The notes beneath the pieces were generated by a model. The model was given only the letters and a program-made list of their open reading frames with translations. It was not told the DNA's origin and did not search any database. The position numbers and the translations under genes are program-made. A stretch of 64,000 nt of DNA, taken from the NCBI GenBank assembly GCA_951406725.2, contig OX597819.1:124434001-124498000 (forward strand). Direction: 5' to 3'. This DNA comes from Octopus vulgaris (taxonomy: Eukaryota). This document shows, in pieces, positions 38,296-48,720 of the stretch; position 1 is the first letter of the stretch; every line of letters begins with the position of its first letter.

Positions 38296-38350
38296 GTCTT
38301 ACAGCTGTTTCTAGAATATTAATTAATAATAATATCCCTTCATCGGAGAC
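38296..38350 (-). ncRNA. Minimal type I hammerhead ribozyme motif in NPRL2 intron 4
   Basis: GUCU-CCGAUGA-stem II-GAAA-CAGCU-GUA-AGAC; palindromic stem III ACAGCUGU; one core substitution (U4C). Confidence 0.6.
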
Positions 38351-38613
38351 GGTGTGAGAGGAAAAATTAAGTCATAGTTAGTTTCGATGTGATACAAATA
38401 GAGAGTGAGGTGGAGGAAAGAAAATAGATGTAAGATATGTATAAATCCATTTTAAAGGTATAATGGTATATGTGTATTATTCCAATATCCTTTGAGTGAA
38501 ATCCAAAAGTTCAATAGGTAATATGATACTTATTCTTGAAAGGTACATGAACTAAGATCACATAGTTAAATACCTGCAGAAGACTTGAACTTACAAACTA
38601 GTTTCTCACTTAC

Positions 38614-38722
38614 TCATTGGCACATGGCACATTCCGTGTGTATTTAAAGCTTGAAGGACATCTTGCATTAATTTTGGTATTTCTTTTCTGGATTCTTCAT
38701 TTGATAAATAACCGCTCTCAAG
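38614..38722 (-). CDS. NPRL2: NPRL2 exon 4 (LESGYLSNEESRKEIPKLMQDVLQALNTHGMCHVPM)
   Basis: atatccag acceptor, gtaagt donor, 109 nt, phase 1. Confidence 0.94.
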
Positions 38723-39690
38723 CTGGATATATAAAGAAATTAAATTAGATTTATACTCATTAATCAGAAAATCAAATAAATAACTGAATGAATTTTAAAA
38801 TAGTCAACAGTTGCTATGATTCAATCTGATAAGTAATTACTGGTTAGCTTTAAAACAAAATAATTAAATTAAACAATTAAAACAAAATAATTAAATTAAA
38901 TAGAAGTTACAATCAGAACAATAATTAACATAATTAAAAAAGACACCCAAAACAGTCAATATAATTCAAAAGAGAAAGTGAAATTTGGTTGCTTTTTCTA
39001 GCAGGTCAAGTAATCAATTGGTTCTTTGTATACAGAGGTATGTATCAATGGATGATCAATTGCTTTGAGCCTTTCTCAAAAGGTCTGTTAAGTATTGCCA
39101 AAAATTTGCAAAACTGAGACAATATAGAATTGGTATACAGTCAAGAAGCAGAAAGTCCCTTGATTAGAAATAATTACACAGTTGGTGTAATCGACTTAAT
39201 TCCTTTGTCTGTCCTTGTTTGTCCCCTCTATGTTTAGCCCCTTGTGGGTAATAAAGAAATAGATAGGTATTAAAAGATGATGTACAAAATCATAAATTAT
39301 AGAGGAGTATAGAACATGGTTGGTATTCATTTTCATCAATTCTGGAGGCAAATTTCTAGAATTTGAATTAGAGAAATGTAACTATATAATGAATCGTGTT
39401 AAGCTTGGTGCTCAGCCAGTTCAGTTACCCTTAACTAATAGTAATAACAATAATAATGATTTCTAATATTGGCACAGAGTCACAAATGTTTTTTGGTGGA
39501 GGCGAGGTATGGTTGATGAAATTGATCCAGTACTTGACTGGTACATTATTTTATTGACCCTGGAAGCATCAAAGACAAACTTGGTTCTGGTAGTATTTAA
39601 ACCCAAACCATAAAGAGATGTAATCAAATCTACTGCTGATTTTATCAATTCACCATCCTAGTAGTAGCAGAAGTGGTAAGCATAAAATAT

Positions 39691-39920
39691 GGCGGCGAGC
39701 TGGCAGAATCGTTAGCACGCCAGGCGAAATGCTTAGCGGTATTTTGTCTGCCATTACGTTCTGAGTTCAAATTCTGCCGAGGTTGACTTTGCCTTTCATC
39801 CTTTCGGGGTCGATTAAATAAGTACCAGTTACGCACTGGGGCTGATGTAATCGACTTAATACATTTGTCTGACCTTGTTTGTCCCCTCTGTGTTTAGCTC
39901 CTTGTGGGCAGTAAAGAAAC
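39691..39920 (+). mobile_element. Meta-core SINE (followed by degenerate partial copies to about 40220)
   Basis: Family match. Confidence 0.85.
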
Positions 39921-40302
39921 AGATATTTTGGCCGTTGCTACATTCTGAGTTCAAATTCAACCATGGTCGACTTTGCCTGTCAGTCTTTCAGGGTCGATAA
40001 ATTTAGTACCAGTTAAATACTAGGGTTCATGTAATAGTCTCATCCCCTTCCCCCCAAAATTGCTGCCACTGTGGCAAAATTTGAAACCAATATTATTATT
40101 AATAATATTACTATTATTACCAGTTATGCACTGGGGTTGATATAATCGACTTAATCCGTTTGTCTGTCCTTGTTTGTTCCCTCTGTGTTTAGCCCCTTGT
40201 AGGTAGTGAAGAAATAGGTAATCATAAAATATTTAGATAAAAACAAAATTTTTAAAAGCTTAAAGAAACATTAATAAAGGAATGTAGTATTTAATACACT
40301 AC

Positions 40303-40471
40303 CTCTAACTGAGTCAAGTAAGCAGAAAGTTTCTTAACCACAGGTTCATAGTCTGTTGTACATGTTTGTTGGTCAAAAACAAAGCACAGGTTGAATATAA
40401 GGGCATTGCGGGCATATTTAGGACTATCAATGTGAACAGGGTAACCAAGGATTTTATGGCCAAGTGCATTT
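40303..40471 (-). CDS. NPRL2: NPRL2 exon 3 (NALGHKILGYPVHIDSPKYARNALIFNLCFVFD...YEPVVKKLSAYLTQLE)
   Basis: tattttcag acceptor, gtagtg donor, 169 nt; conserved KYxRNALxFNL motif. Confidence 0.96.
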
Positions 40472-40779
40472 CTGAAAATACAAAAATATGAAAAATATTG
40501 TTAAAAATAAAAGCTGGATGAAAAAAAACAATTGAAAACATTGGGGAGAAAAAAAATTTGAACAAGAATGTTGTATAGCTAAATAAAAATCATGATTGGA
40601 TTGAATGCAAATTACCACAGATGCATAGAAGTAAAATGGTGAAATGATATGACTTTGGACTAAGCACCAGACTTAATTCTACATGCCTCACTTCACTTAG
40701 CAGTCAGGCATTAATATGAAATCATATGGGAATGTTACCTGATTTTACATAAATGCATTGAAAAAAAAAACAAATATTG

Positions 40780-41118
40780 GCATCGCCTTACTAGCACTTG
40801 TGCTGGTGGCACGTGAAACATTCGAGCGAGGTCGTCACCAGTGCCGCTGGGTTGGCTCCTGTGCAGGTGGCACGTAAAAAGCACCACCATTTGGGCGTGG
40901 CTGTTGCCAGTACCACCAAACTGGCCCTCGTGCCAACCACTCTGAGAGTGTAGTGGGTGTGCCACTGACACGAGGGCCAGTTTGGTGGTACTGCCAACAG
41001 CCACGCCCAAATAGTGCTTTTTACATGCCACCTGCACAGGAGCCAGTCCAGTGGCACTGGCGATGACCTCGCTCGAATGTTTCACGTGCCACCAGCACAA
41101 GTGCTAGTAAGGCGACGC
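40780..41118. repeat. Fold-back inverted repeat (arms 40780-40935 and 40966-41118) made of RTE-tail retroposon sequence
   Basis: Arms are reverse complements with few mismatches; 30-nt spacer. Confidence 0.9.
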
Positions 41119-41486
41119 GGTCACAATCACGCTTGAATGGTGTGTTTAACGTGCCATCGGCATGAAAGCCAGCTTGTTGCTCTGGTAGCGATCTCACTCG
41201 TATGGTACTCTTAGCGCTCCACTAGCAACGGATGTCAGGCACCGAGTTTGATGGAAGTTTATATCCCAATGTAGGGAAGTTGTGTTTATTTCAGTTTGAT
41301 GAGCTAGAAAATATGTATATTTGTCTAGAAGTTTAACTGTGAGGGACTAATTTCTCTAGTTAGGTAGACTAGAATATCAAGTACTGCTTATAACTTCAAT
41401 AACAATGTCTAAGGAAAAGTTGATGAGATTCACATCAATTTTCTTTTACTGTTTCACATCCAATTTTCAGTGTCATTATGAAATCC

Positions 41487-41717
41487 TCATCATCATCATC
41501 GTTTAACGTTCGTTTTCCGTGTTAACACAGGTTGGACGGTTCAACCGGGGTCTGGGAAGCCAGGAGGCTGCACCAGGTTCGTCTGATCTGGCAGTGTTTC
41601 TACAGCTGGATGCCCTTCCTAATGCCAACCACTCCGTGAGTATAGTGGGTGCTTTTTACGTGCCACCAGCCCAGGTGCCAGGGGAGGTTGGCAGCGGCCA
41701 CGATTGGTTGGTGCTTT
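41487..41717 (-). mobile_element. RTE-tail retroposon copy
   Basis: Family match. Confidence 0.83.
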
Positions 41718-41936
41718 GGATATATGTTTTTACAGTCCTTTTTACTTGTAACCTCTTTACTGCAAAAAAGCCAAAAAATTATTGTAAGCAAACAATAATG
41801 GAGTTTTTTTTTTCCATAGTAAACTGTGGTGAAATTTGAACTCATGTAGTAGATACTTCAAACTTCAGAACCTGTATCATTAAAAGCAACAAACAACCAG
41901 TAAATCAATTTGGAATTAGAGACCGTAATTACTCAC

Positions 41937-42028
41937 ACTGTAATATCACGCTCAAATAACTCTTTTTTAGGAATGATGTAAATATGAAGAGCATCAAAAG
42001 TTTCTTTTTTAATCAGATCTTCTGGTAT
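41937..42028 (-). CDS. NPRL2: NPRL2 exon 2 (IPEDLIKKETFDALHIYIIPKKELFERDITV)
   Basis: tttatttcag acceptor, gtgagt donor, 92 nt, frame continuous. Confidence 0.95.
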
Positions 42029-43647
42029 CTGAAATAAAAACAAGAAATAAGTTGTTATCTTTGGTTAAGAATGGTCAACTCCAATTTAGTAGAATCATGA
42101 ACAAAATATCCAATTTTGCATTTCTAGCTATGGAATGATTTCTCAAGATTTAGAACATGTCCCCTCAGTTTTAGAAAATACTAGAAAGATTGGTCGAGGG
42201 TGCTTTCGAGGTCAATCAAAAATGTATAAAGGGTTCTTACCCATTTGTTGAGTAAATGTTAACCAAATGAACAATGCCAATTTTTACAAAAATGTAGTGC
42301 AGTTAATGGAGTTGATGCCACACATATTTTACCAATCTTTTGGAAAGCCAAAAGACAATGTGAACTTTCGGCAGCATATGAAATCATTATTGAAATCATT
42401 ATAAAGAAGGTTGGTGGTTTTTATGTGCCACTGGCACGGAGGCCGGTTGGGGCAGCGCTGGCAATAGCCACGTTTGGATGGATCTTTGTATGTGCCACCG
42501 GCACTGGTATCACAACTACAATTTCCATTGATTTTATGAGTGCTTTTAAGAGATCCTGTCAAAGTGAATAATGCGGTGTTCTGTATCCTAACACAACCTC
42601 CATGTTAAGTTAGAGATCAAGGTTACCTTTGGGTATTAATACTGCTTCCGTCACTATTATTTCTTAATGAGCTATTTGTGACACCAGTTCCTGAATAGAC
42701 ACCAAGGTTCTACGTATCCTGTCATATCTATTTCCTTCTATATAAATGATGAGAGATTCAGTTGTTATTGTGCTGCTGAACATCTGTTATGGAAGAACCC
42801 CTAGAAGGGTGAAATCCTGTGATCTGACAGTTCTGGTGGCCACAGCAAATGATTGTTGTCTGTCAACAATATAATTACAAGAGCTTTTATGCACCACAAA
42901 TCCTTATGATAAGTCCTCTGAATGTAAATAATGCAGTATTCTGAGGAATTACAACTGTGTTTTGTGGTCTGCTACCACAACAGCTCCTTTATAGGATCCA
43001 GTTAGCTCAAGATATCATCAGGAGGAACTACGTCTGGTTTCGGCCCCTACTCCTCTACCGTTTTGATGTGGCGGGGCTCCCCCTTTCGGAGGTGTCTTCA
43101 GCTCTGGTGTTGGGTGCATGTCTTCTTTCTTCTGTTCCCTGGCCTCTTCGATGTATCGTCAGCAAGTGTCAGCTGGTGACTGACTGACTCGTCAAAATTT
43201 TCCCTATAAATACCTGCCGCTAGGCTCCTACCACAGCCTCCATATTAAGTTGGAGATCAAGATTACCTTTTGGTTTTGATACTTCTGTCGCTATTAATTA
43301 CATTTTTCAAAATTGTACAAACTAACGCTAATGTGGGAATCCCTATGTTGCTCAACTTCTAGAAATAGCCGAATTTCACTCAAATCATACCTTACTGTCT
43401 TCAAAAAGACAGGACATGTTTGGATAATGCAATTCTAGACATGCAATGTCTGAAAAATAGAATGAGATTGTTATGAACAGGATACCTTTGACCATAGAAC
43501 AACTTGATAAGGCTTGATTGGGGGGGAGGGCAGTAACAACATTAGATAAATCAACTGAAAATTGAAACCAGGTGATAAATTTGATTTACTGAGAAATGAC
43601 CACTGCTTATAATGTAACTCAAAACAAGTAATAGAGCAAACCGGGCC

Positions 43648-44052
43648 GACGCAGGAGTGGCTGTGTGGTAAGTAGCTTGCTTACCAACCACATGGCTCTG
43701 GGTTCATTCCCACTGCGTGGCACCTTGGGCAAGTGTCTTCTACTATAGCCTCGGGCCGACCAAAGCCTTGTGAGTGGATTTGGTAGACGGAAACTGGAAG
43801 AAGCCCGTCGTATATATGTATATATATGTATGTGTGTATATGTTTGTGTGTCTGTGTTTGTCCCCCCACCATTGCTTGACAACCGATGGTGGTGTGTTTA
43901 CGTCCCCGTAACTTAGCGGTTCAGCAAAAGAGACTGATAGAATAAGTACTAGGTTTACAAAGAATAAGTCCTGCAGTCGATTTACTCGACTAAGGGCGGT
44001 GCTCCAGCATGGCCGCAGTCAAATGACTGAAACAAGTAAAAGAGTAAAAGAG
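43648..44052 (+). mobile_element. tRNA-derived SINE with CORE-like segment and internal (TA/TG)n
   Basis: TGGCTGTGTGG A-box, GGTTCATTCCC B-box, CACCTTGGGCAAGTGTCTT core, (AAAAGAGT) tail. Confidence 0.87.
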
Positions 44053-44548
44053 ACTGTCTAATGTACCACTTATATAAAACACTTTCTTGAAATGTATCCG
44101 GTACTTCCGGTACCTATACCGAAGTTACGCCTCTTCCATCCAAAAACGGTACAAGGCCAGTCGGATACTCCAAAGCTAATATCGTTTATAATCAGTAATA
44201 ACAAAAGCACCAACAAACATGACAGAGTGACTAGTATGAACCAAGAACAATACTAAAGAACACAACCCACTAAAACCAACAACACTACGTGATCAGCCGA
44301 GCTGCTAGAAATAGCAACCAACTCTCTCTTAAATCATATCTCACCAGCTTAAACTGATACATTCCTGGCACAAAAGAAAAGGCAGGATGTTCAAGGCTGG
44401 AAAGCTTTTGATTATAGGTCCACTTCAACAGAGCCCGACTTGGACACTGAACAACTTTCATAAGAGAACTGTAGCGAATTTTAATTATAGTTGCCGTATT
44501 TATTCATATATATATATATGTACTTATGTGTAATATGCGCTAATTATT

Positions 44549-44628
44549 CTATCTATCTATCTACCTACCTATCTATCTATCTATCTTCCTATCTATCTAT
44601 CTATCTTCCTATCTATCTATCTATCTTC

Positions 44629-44694
<66 letters not shown>
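44549..44694. repeat. (TATC)n microsatellite
   Basis: Direct reading. Confidence 0.95.
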
Positions 44695-45330
44695 GTTTGT
44701 TGTCTATACATAAGAAACAAAATAGTATATTCAATTTGAGTAACAGGGTGGTTATATTTTTATATCTCGTCGAGCAGTATATTACTAGTTATGGTATATA
44801 TATATATATAACCATATATATAAATGAAGGAGCTTAAATGCGATCATTCGAACTGCTAGAAATCGCAGCCTCATCTCGTTCAAATGACAGGGAAGATACA
44901 CTGAATTATGTTGCCCTTAATATATAAAAAGAAAAAGCTGGGACGATCCTAGCCGAACCGCTTTTCATCATAAGTGTTCAATCAGAGCTGACTTGGGGCT
45001 AAACTTCCCTTTAAGTAGCAATTTCACTTCCTTTTAATCGCCACAAGCTCCAAGAATGGCATGGGCGTAACAGTTTCCCCATCTTGAGGCGGCTACGGTA
45101 CCTATACCGAAGGATCGGCTCTTGGAGCCTTGTGCCTATGATAGAAATCAATATTCGACGGCCAGAGTTCGCACATCACATAATTCCATAAGATAAAAAA
45201 AAAGAAAAACGGAAGAAAAATATTTAGGTTCGATTTTAAAGGATCTTAAATGGAATACTTGGAGCAAGCTTCCATTCTTTTCTAAATTTATTCATTGAGT
45301 ATAAAAATGTAGCATTTTAATCTTACCAAC

Positions 45331-45408
45331 CTGATAAGCTATGATTGGTCCTTGGGTCGGATGGAATTCACAGAAGAAAATCCCTTTAATCTGGTTGGCA
45401 GTGGACAT
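45331..45408 (-). CDS. NPRL2: NPRL2 coding exon 1 (MSTANQIKGIFFCEFHPTQGPIIAYQ)
   Basis: ATG at 45408; donor GTTGGT follows; phase 0; longin-domain N-terminal motif EFHPxxGP. Confidence 0.95.
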
Positions 45409-45527
45409 GTTTCCTTAATCAGTGGTGGGGGAAAAAGAGAAACAACAGAACACATGAATAGACATCGAGAAGAGAGATGACACTTGAGGATGAAGCGGTG
45501 AAGATGAAAGTGGTCCGGACAAGTGCT

Positions 45528-45535
45528 CCACGTGG
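45528..45535. promoter_or_regulatory. E-box CCACGTGG about 120 nt upstream of the NPRL2 ATG
   Basis: Palindromic motif in the unique CpG-containing 5' flank; function not shown. Confidence 0.3.
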
Positions 45536-45629
45536 TTATCTCCCCTGAATGAAGCTATCGCTTAATTGTTTTGAAGGGAAGCAAAGGAAGGGGGGGGGGG
45601 AAAGAAGCTTGTAGCAGAATACGTATTAT

Positions 45630-46064
45630 CTATTTCTTTACTACCCACAAGGGGCTACACACAGAGGGGACAAACAAGGACAGACAAAGGGATTAAGTCG
45701 ATTATATCGACTCCAGTGCGTAACTGGTACTTAATTTATCGACCCCGAAAGGATGAAAGGCAAAGTCGACCTCGGGCGGAATTTGAACCCGGAACGTAAC
45801 GGCAGACGAAATACGGCTACGCATTTTGCCCGGTGTGCTAACCATTCTTATTTCTTTACTGCCCACAAGGGGCTAAACACAGAGGGGACAAACAAGGACA
45901 CACAAAGGGATTAAGTCGAGTAGATCAACCCCAATGCGTAACTGGTACTTAATTTATCGATCCCGAAAGGATGAACGACAAAGTCGAACTCGGAACGTAA
46001 CGGCAGACGAAATACGGCTACGCATTTCGCCCGGTGTGATAACGTTTCTGCCAGCTCGCCGCCC
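45630..46064 (-). mobile_element. Head-to-tail dimer of the Meta-core SINE in the NPRL2 5' flank
   Basis: Two units flanked by one ~17-bp TSD GTAGCAGAATACGTATT / GCAGCAGAATACGTATT. Confidence 0.85.
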
Positions 46065-46156
46065 TTTGCAGCAGAATACGTATTCTGAGTGAATGCTTCA
46101 TACGACGCAATTTTTAATCTTTCTACATACAGAGAACAAATGACACTCAAAGCATC

Positions 46157-46228
46157 GGTACTACGAGCGAACAGTGGTCCCGGTGCGCGCACTCGCTCTA
46201 GCTAGTCGTAAGAAGTCGATTCTACGAC
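46157..46228. mobile_element. Solo TIR of the MITE family at 61895
   Basis: GGTACTACGAGCGAACAGTGGTCCCGGTGCGCGCAC matches the 61895 TIR. Confidence 0.75.
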
Positions 46229-46266
46229 TTTTTAACCCTAACCCTTGTTTGTTTATAAAAATAACT

Positions 46267-46697
46267 GGATCTTTTCGGTTTGAACGGCAGTTTTTTCTAG
46301 CGGTGTCATATGAAATTGTCACCCATAATTATGACCCTAGTATCAATCTATTGCATTTCAATCTGTTTTAGGGTTAGGGTTAGTTAGGGTTAGGGGTGGG
46401 GGGAAGGGTATCTTTTTTTTCTTCAGAAATGTAAATAAATCCAATCTGTTTCTTAAACGTGGGACATATTCATACGGCACAGAATGTTTTCACCTCAATA
46501 GACGTCATTGATTAGTTGAAATTGAAGAAATTGAAGAAAAAAAACCCCACAAATATCTTACAAACACCAATAATTTTCTCAATAAAGCCAAGAGAAAAAG
46601 ATGTTTTATAAACACATTCTACCAGTATACGAAGTTTAAAAGTGTTTAGTTACGTGGAAATTATTTTAAAAAACTGCCGTTCAAACCAAAATGATCC
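46267..46697. mobile_element. MITE with GGATC TIRs and internal TTAGGG repeats, copy 1
   Basis: TIR GGATCTTTTCGGTTTGAACGGCAGTTTTTT and its inverse; near-identical copy at 59308. Confidence 0.88.
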
Positions 46698-46944
46698 ACA
46701 ATTTGTAATAGTTAAGCACTGGGGTTGAATGTGATAGACTTATTGATTCATAGCAAAAATGATTTTCATGGCATTCATTAGCCTATAAAAGTGTATAATT
46801 ACACTGAATATGAAATCAATTTGAACAAAAACTGATGCTGGCAGCCAAACAGAAAAAATCCGGTACTTCTCCTAGGCACAAAACTAAATTGCATCTCATC
46901 GAGTCTAACTCTTTTCCTAATTAGTTGAGCTATGATCCTCTACA

Positions 46945-47506
46945 TACATATATGGTGGCTGCCCCCTCGTTATCGAGTATGGCCATTGCACGAAGCTTAA
47001 TCAATGTTGTTATCGTGCAATGCCTGTGCAAGAAGATTTTTTTTAAAGTGAGGAAAGGCTGTGAACTGAGTCAATCCCACTCACTAAGCAACAGCAGCCA
47101 TAATCCGAAAAGAAGAACAAGTCAACATCATCGGTAACCACTGAGCCGCAGGTTTTATGTCGGAGTTATCCCAGTTACCTGAGTTACCTTCTCCTAGAAG
47201 GATGCCCTAACAAAGGCTAGGAGTCCTTCACTCTCAATGGTTTAACCGCGCGATCGGGTATTCAGTCCGATTATTTCTATGTCCCCGTGCATGATACAGC
47301 CTTAAGACATTTATTGGATGGCCGTTGACTCTCAAGTGTTCCTCTGCCCTTTGACGGGTTTTGTTTTTCATCCCGCAGGGTGTCCAATAAACACCCTCCT
47401 CACCAAGCAAGCTTGGTGGGGTTGACGGTTTAGTCGCCGACGACCCGGCCATGCAACAGGTTGTACTGGGTTACATGTTACCAGTAGCACTCGAAAGTGA
47501 CCTGAC
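46945..47506 (-). mobile_element. Non-autonomous RTE-derived element (5' UTR plus 3' end), flanked by (TATG)n
   Basis: Minus strand has the RTE 5'-UTR-type motif CTAGGAGAAGGTAACTC and ends GAGGGGGCAGCCACC; hairpin-rich 5' end; degenerate copy near 830-900. Confidence 0.6.
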
Positions 47507-47791
47507 ATAACATACATACATACATACATACATACATACATACATGCATACACACATATTTATGAGACAGAATACAGGGTCAAATTATCCAGATTTTCAT
47601 TTTCCATTTCATTCCTGCCTGGGTTTCATTTTACTTTTTACTCCTCTCCAGGTGATAATCCTTCAGTATGGATTAACCCTATCTTTATAAATAGCAAAAT
47701 TAAATAAACGAAATGAAAATTATAAGAGACTTAAGTCTAAAGGAGAATAATAATATTAAGTATTAGTAATAGCAATAGTATGTTATCTGGG

Positions 47792-47792
47792 A

Positions 47793-47843
<51 letters not shown>

Positions 47844-47884
47844 CAACAGCAGCAGCAGTAGTAGTAGTAGTAGTAGTAGTAGTA
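47792..47884. repeat. (TAG)n/(CAG)n microsatellite
   Basis: Direct reading. Confidence 0.95.
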
Positions 47885-48250
47885 CCTATTTCTTTACTAC
47901 CCACAAGGGGCTAAATACAGAGAGAAGAAACAAAGACAGACAAACGGATTAAGTTGATTACATCGACTCCAGTACGTAACTGGTACTTAATTTATCGACC
48001 CCGAAAGGATGAAAGGCAAAGTCGACCTCGGCGGAATTTGAACTCAGAACGTAACGGCAGACGAAACACGGCTACGCATTTCACCAGTCCATCGCAGCAT
48101 TACTCATTTTTGCCAGCTGAGTGGACTGGAGCAACGTGAAATGAAGTGTTTTGCTCAAGAACACAACGCGTTGCCCAGACCAGGAATCGAAACCGCAATC
48201 TTACGATCATGGTGCTGACACCCTAACCACTAAGCCACGCGCCTCCACAT
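47885..48250 (-). mobile_element. Meta-core SINE 3' part joined to the tRNA head of another SINE family
   Basis: Meta SINE 47885-48085; 48088-48250 carries a B-box GGTTTCGATTCC and GTGTTCTTGAGCAAAACACTT on the minus strand. Confidence 0.7.
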
Positions 48251-48489
48251 TATATAGCAGTTGTTTAGCTCCAAGTCCACACTAATTTTGATGTATGCTC
48301 AAAAGTACTTCTGCCATAACCATCTCATCCTTCTTGCAAGCATTGTCTATCTAGAGTTACACTATCCAATGTGCGTTTCCCCTTTTAAGACAATGGTGTG
48401 TTAGTTAAAGTTAAATTTGGCTGCTTCTTCTAGCAGGCTGAACAACAATGTAGAGGCTCCTTCAGTAACATGTCTTTCTATACACAACA

Positions 48490-48490
<1 letters not shown>

Positions 48491-48527
<37 letters not shown>

Positions 48528-48720
48528 TTGCTGCTGCTGCTGCTACTACTACTACTGCTACTACTACTACTACTGCTGCTACTACTACTACTACTGCTAC
48601 TACTACTGCTACTGCTGCTGCTGCTGCTACTACTACTACTACTACTACTACTGATGCTGCTGCTAGTATTAGGAGTAGTAGTAGCAGTAGTATGTTGTAT
48701 ATAGTAGTAGTAGTATGGCT
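48491..48720. repeat. (CTA/CTG)n tract followed by (TAG)n
   Basis: Direct reading; source of the poly-L and poly-T ORFs. Confidence 0.93.

Larger units (their letters stand above)
15129..45408 (-). other. NPRL2: NPRL2 gene (GATOR1 complex subunit), complete 11-exon coding span, 382 aa
   Basis: Eleven GT-AG exons (78+92+169+109+131+98+37+94+118+155+68 = 1149 nt) join in frame. Translation MSTANQIKGIFFCEFHPTQGPIIAYQIPEDLI...[18 protein letters not shown]...YDEICGRMGMSYNELDELVESDSSVVVYFK matches my recall of human NPRL2 (IFFSEFHPTLGPKITYQ...WDLTTQQILPYIDGF...YDEICCKTGMSY). Confidence 0.97.

Noticed and set aside
46368-46400. TTAGGG repeats as a telomere or fusion relic
   Set aside because: Short, and internal to a MITE present twice in the window.
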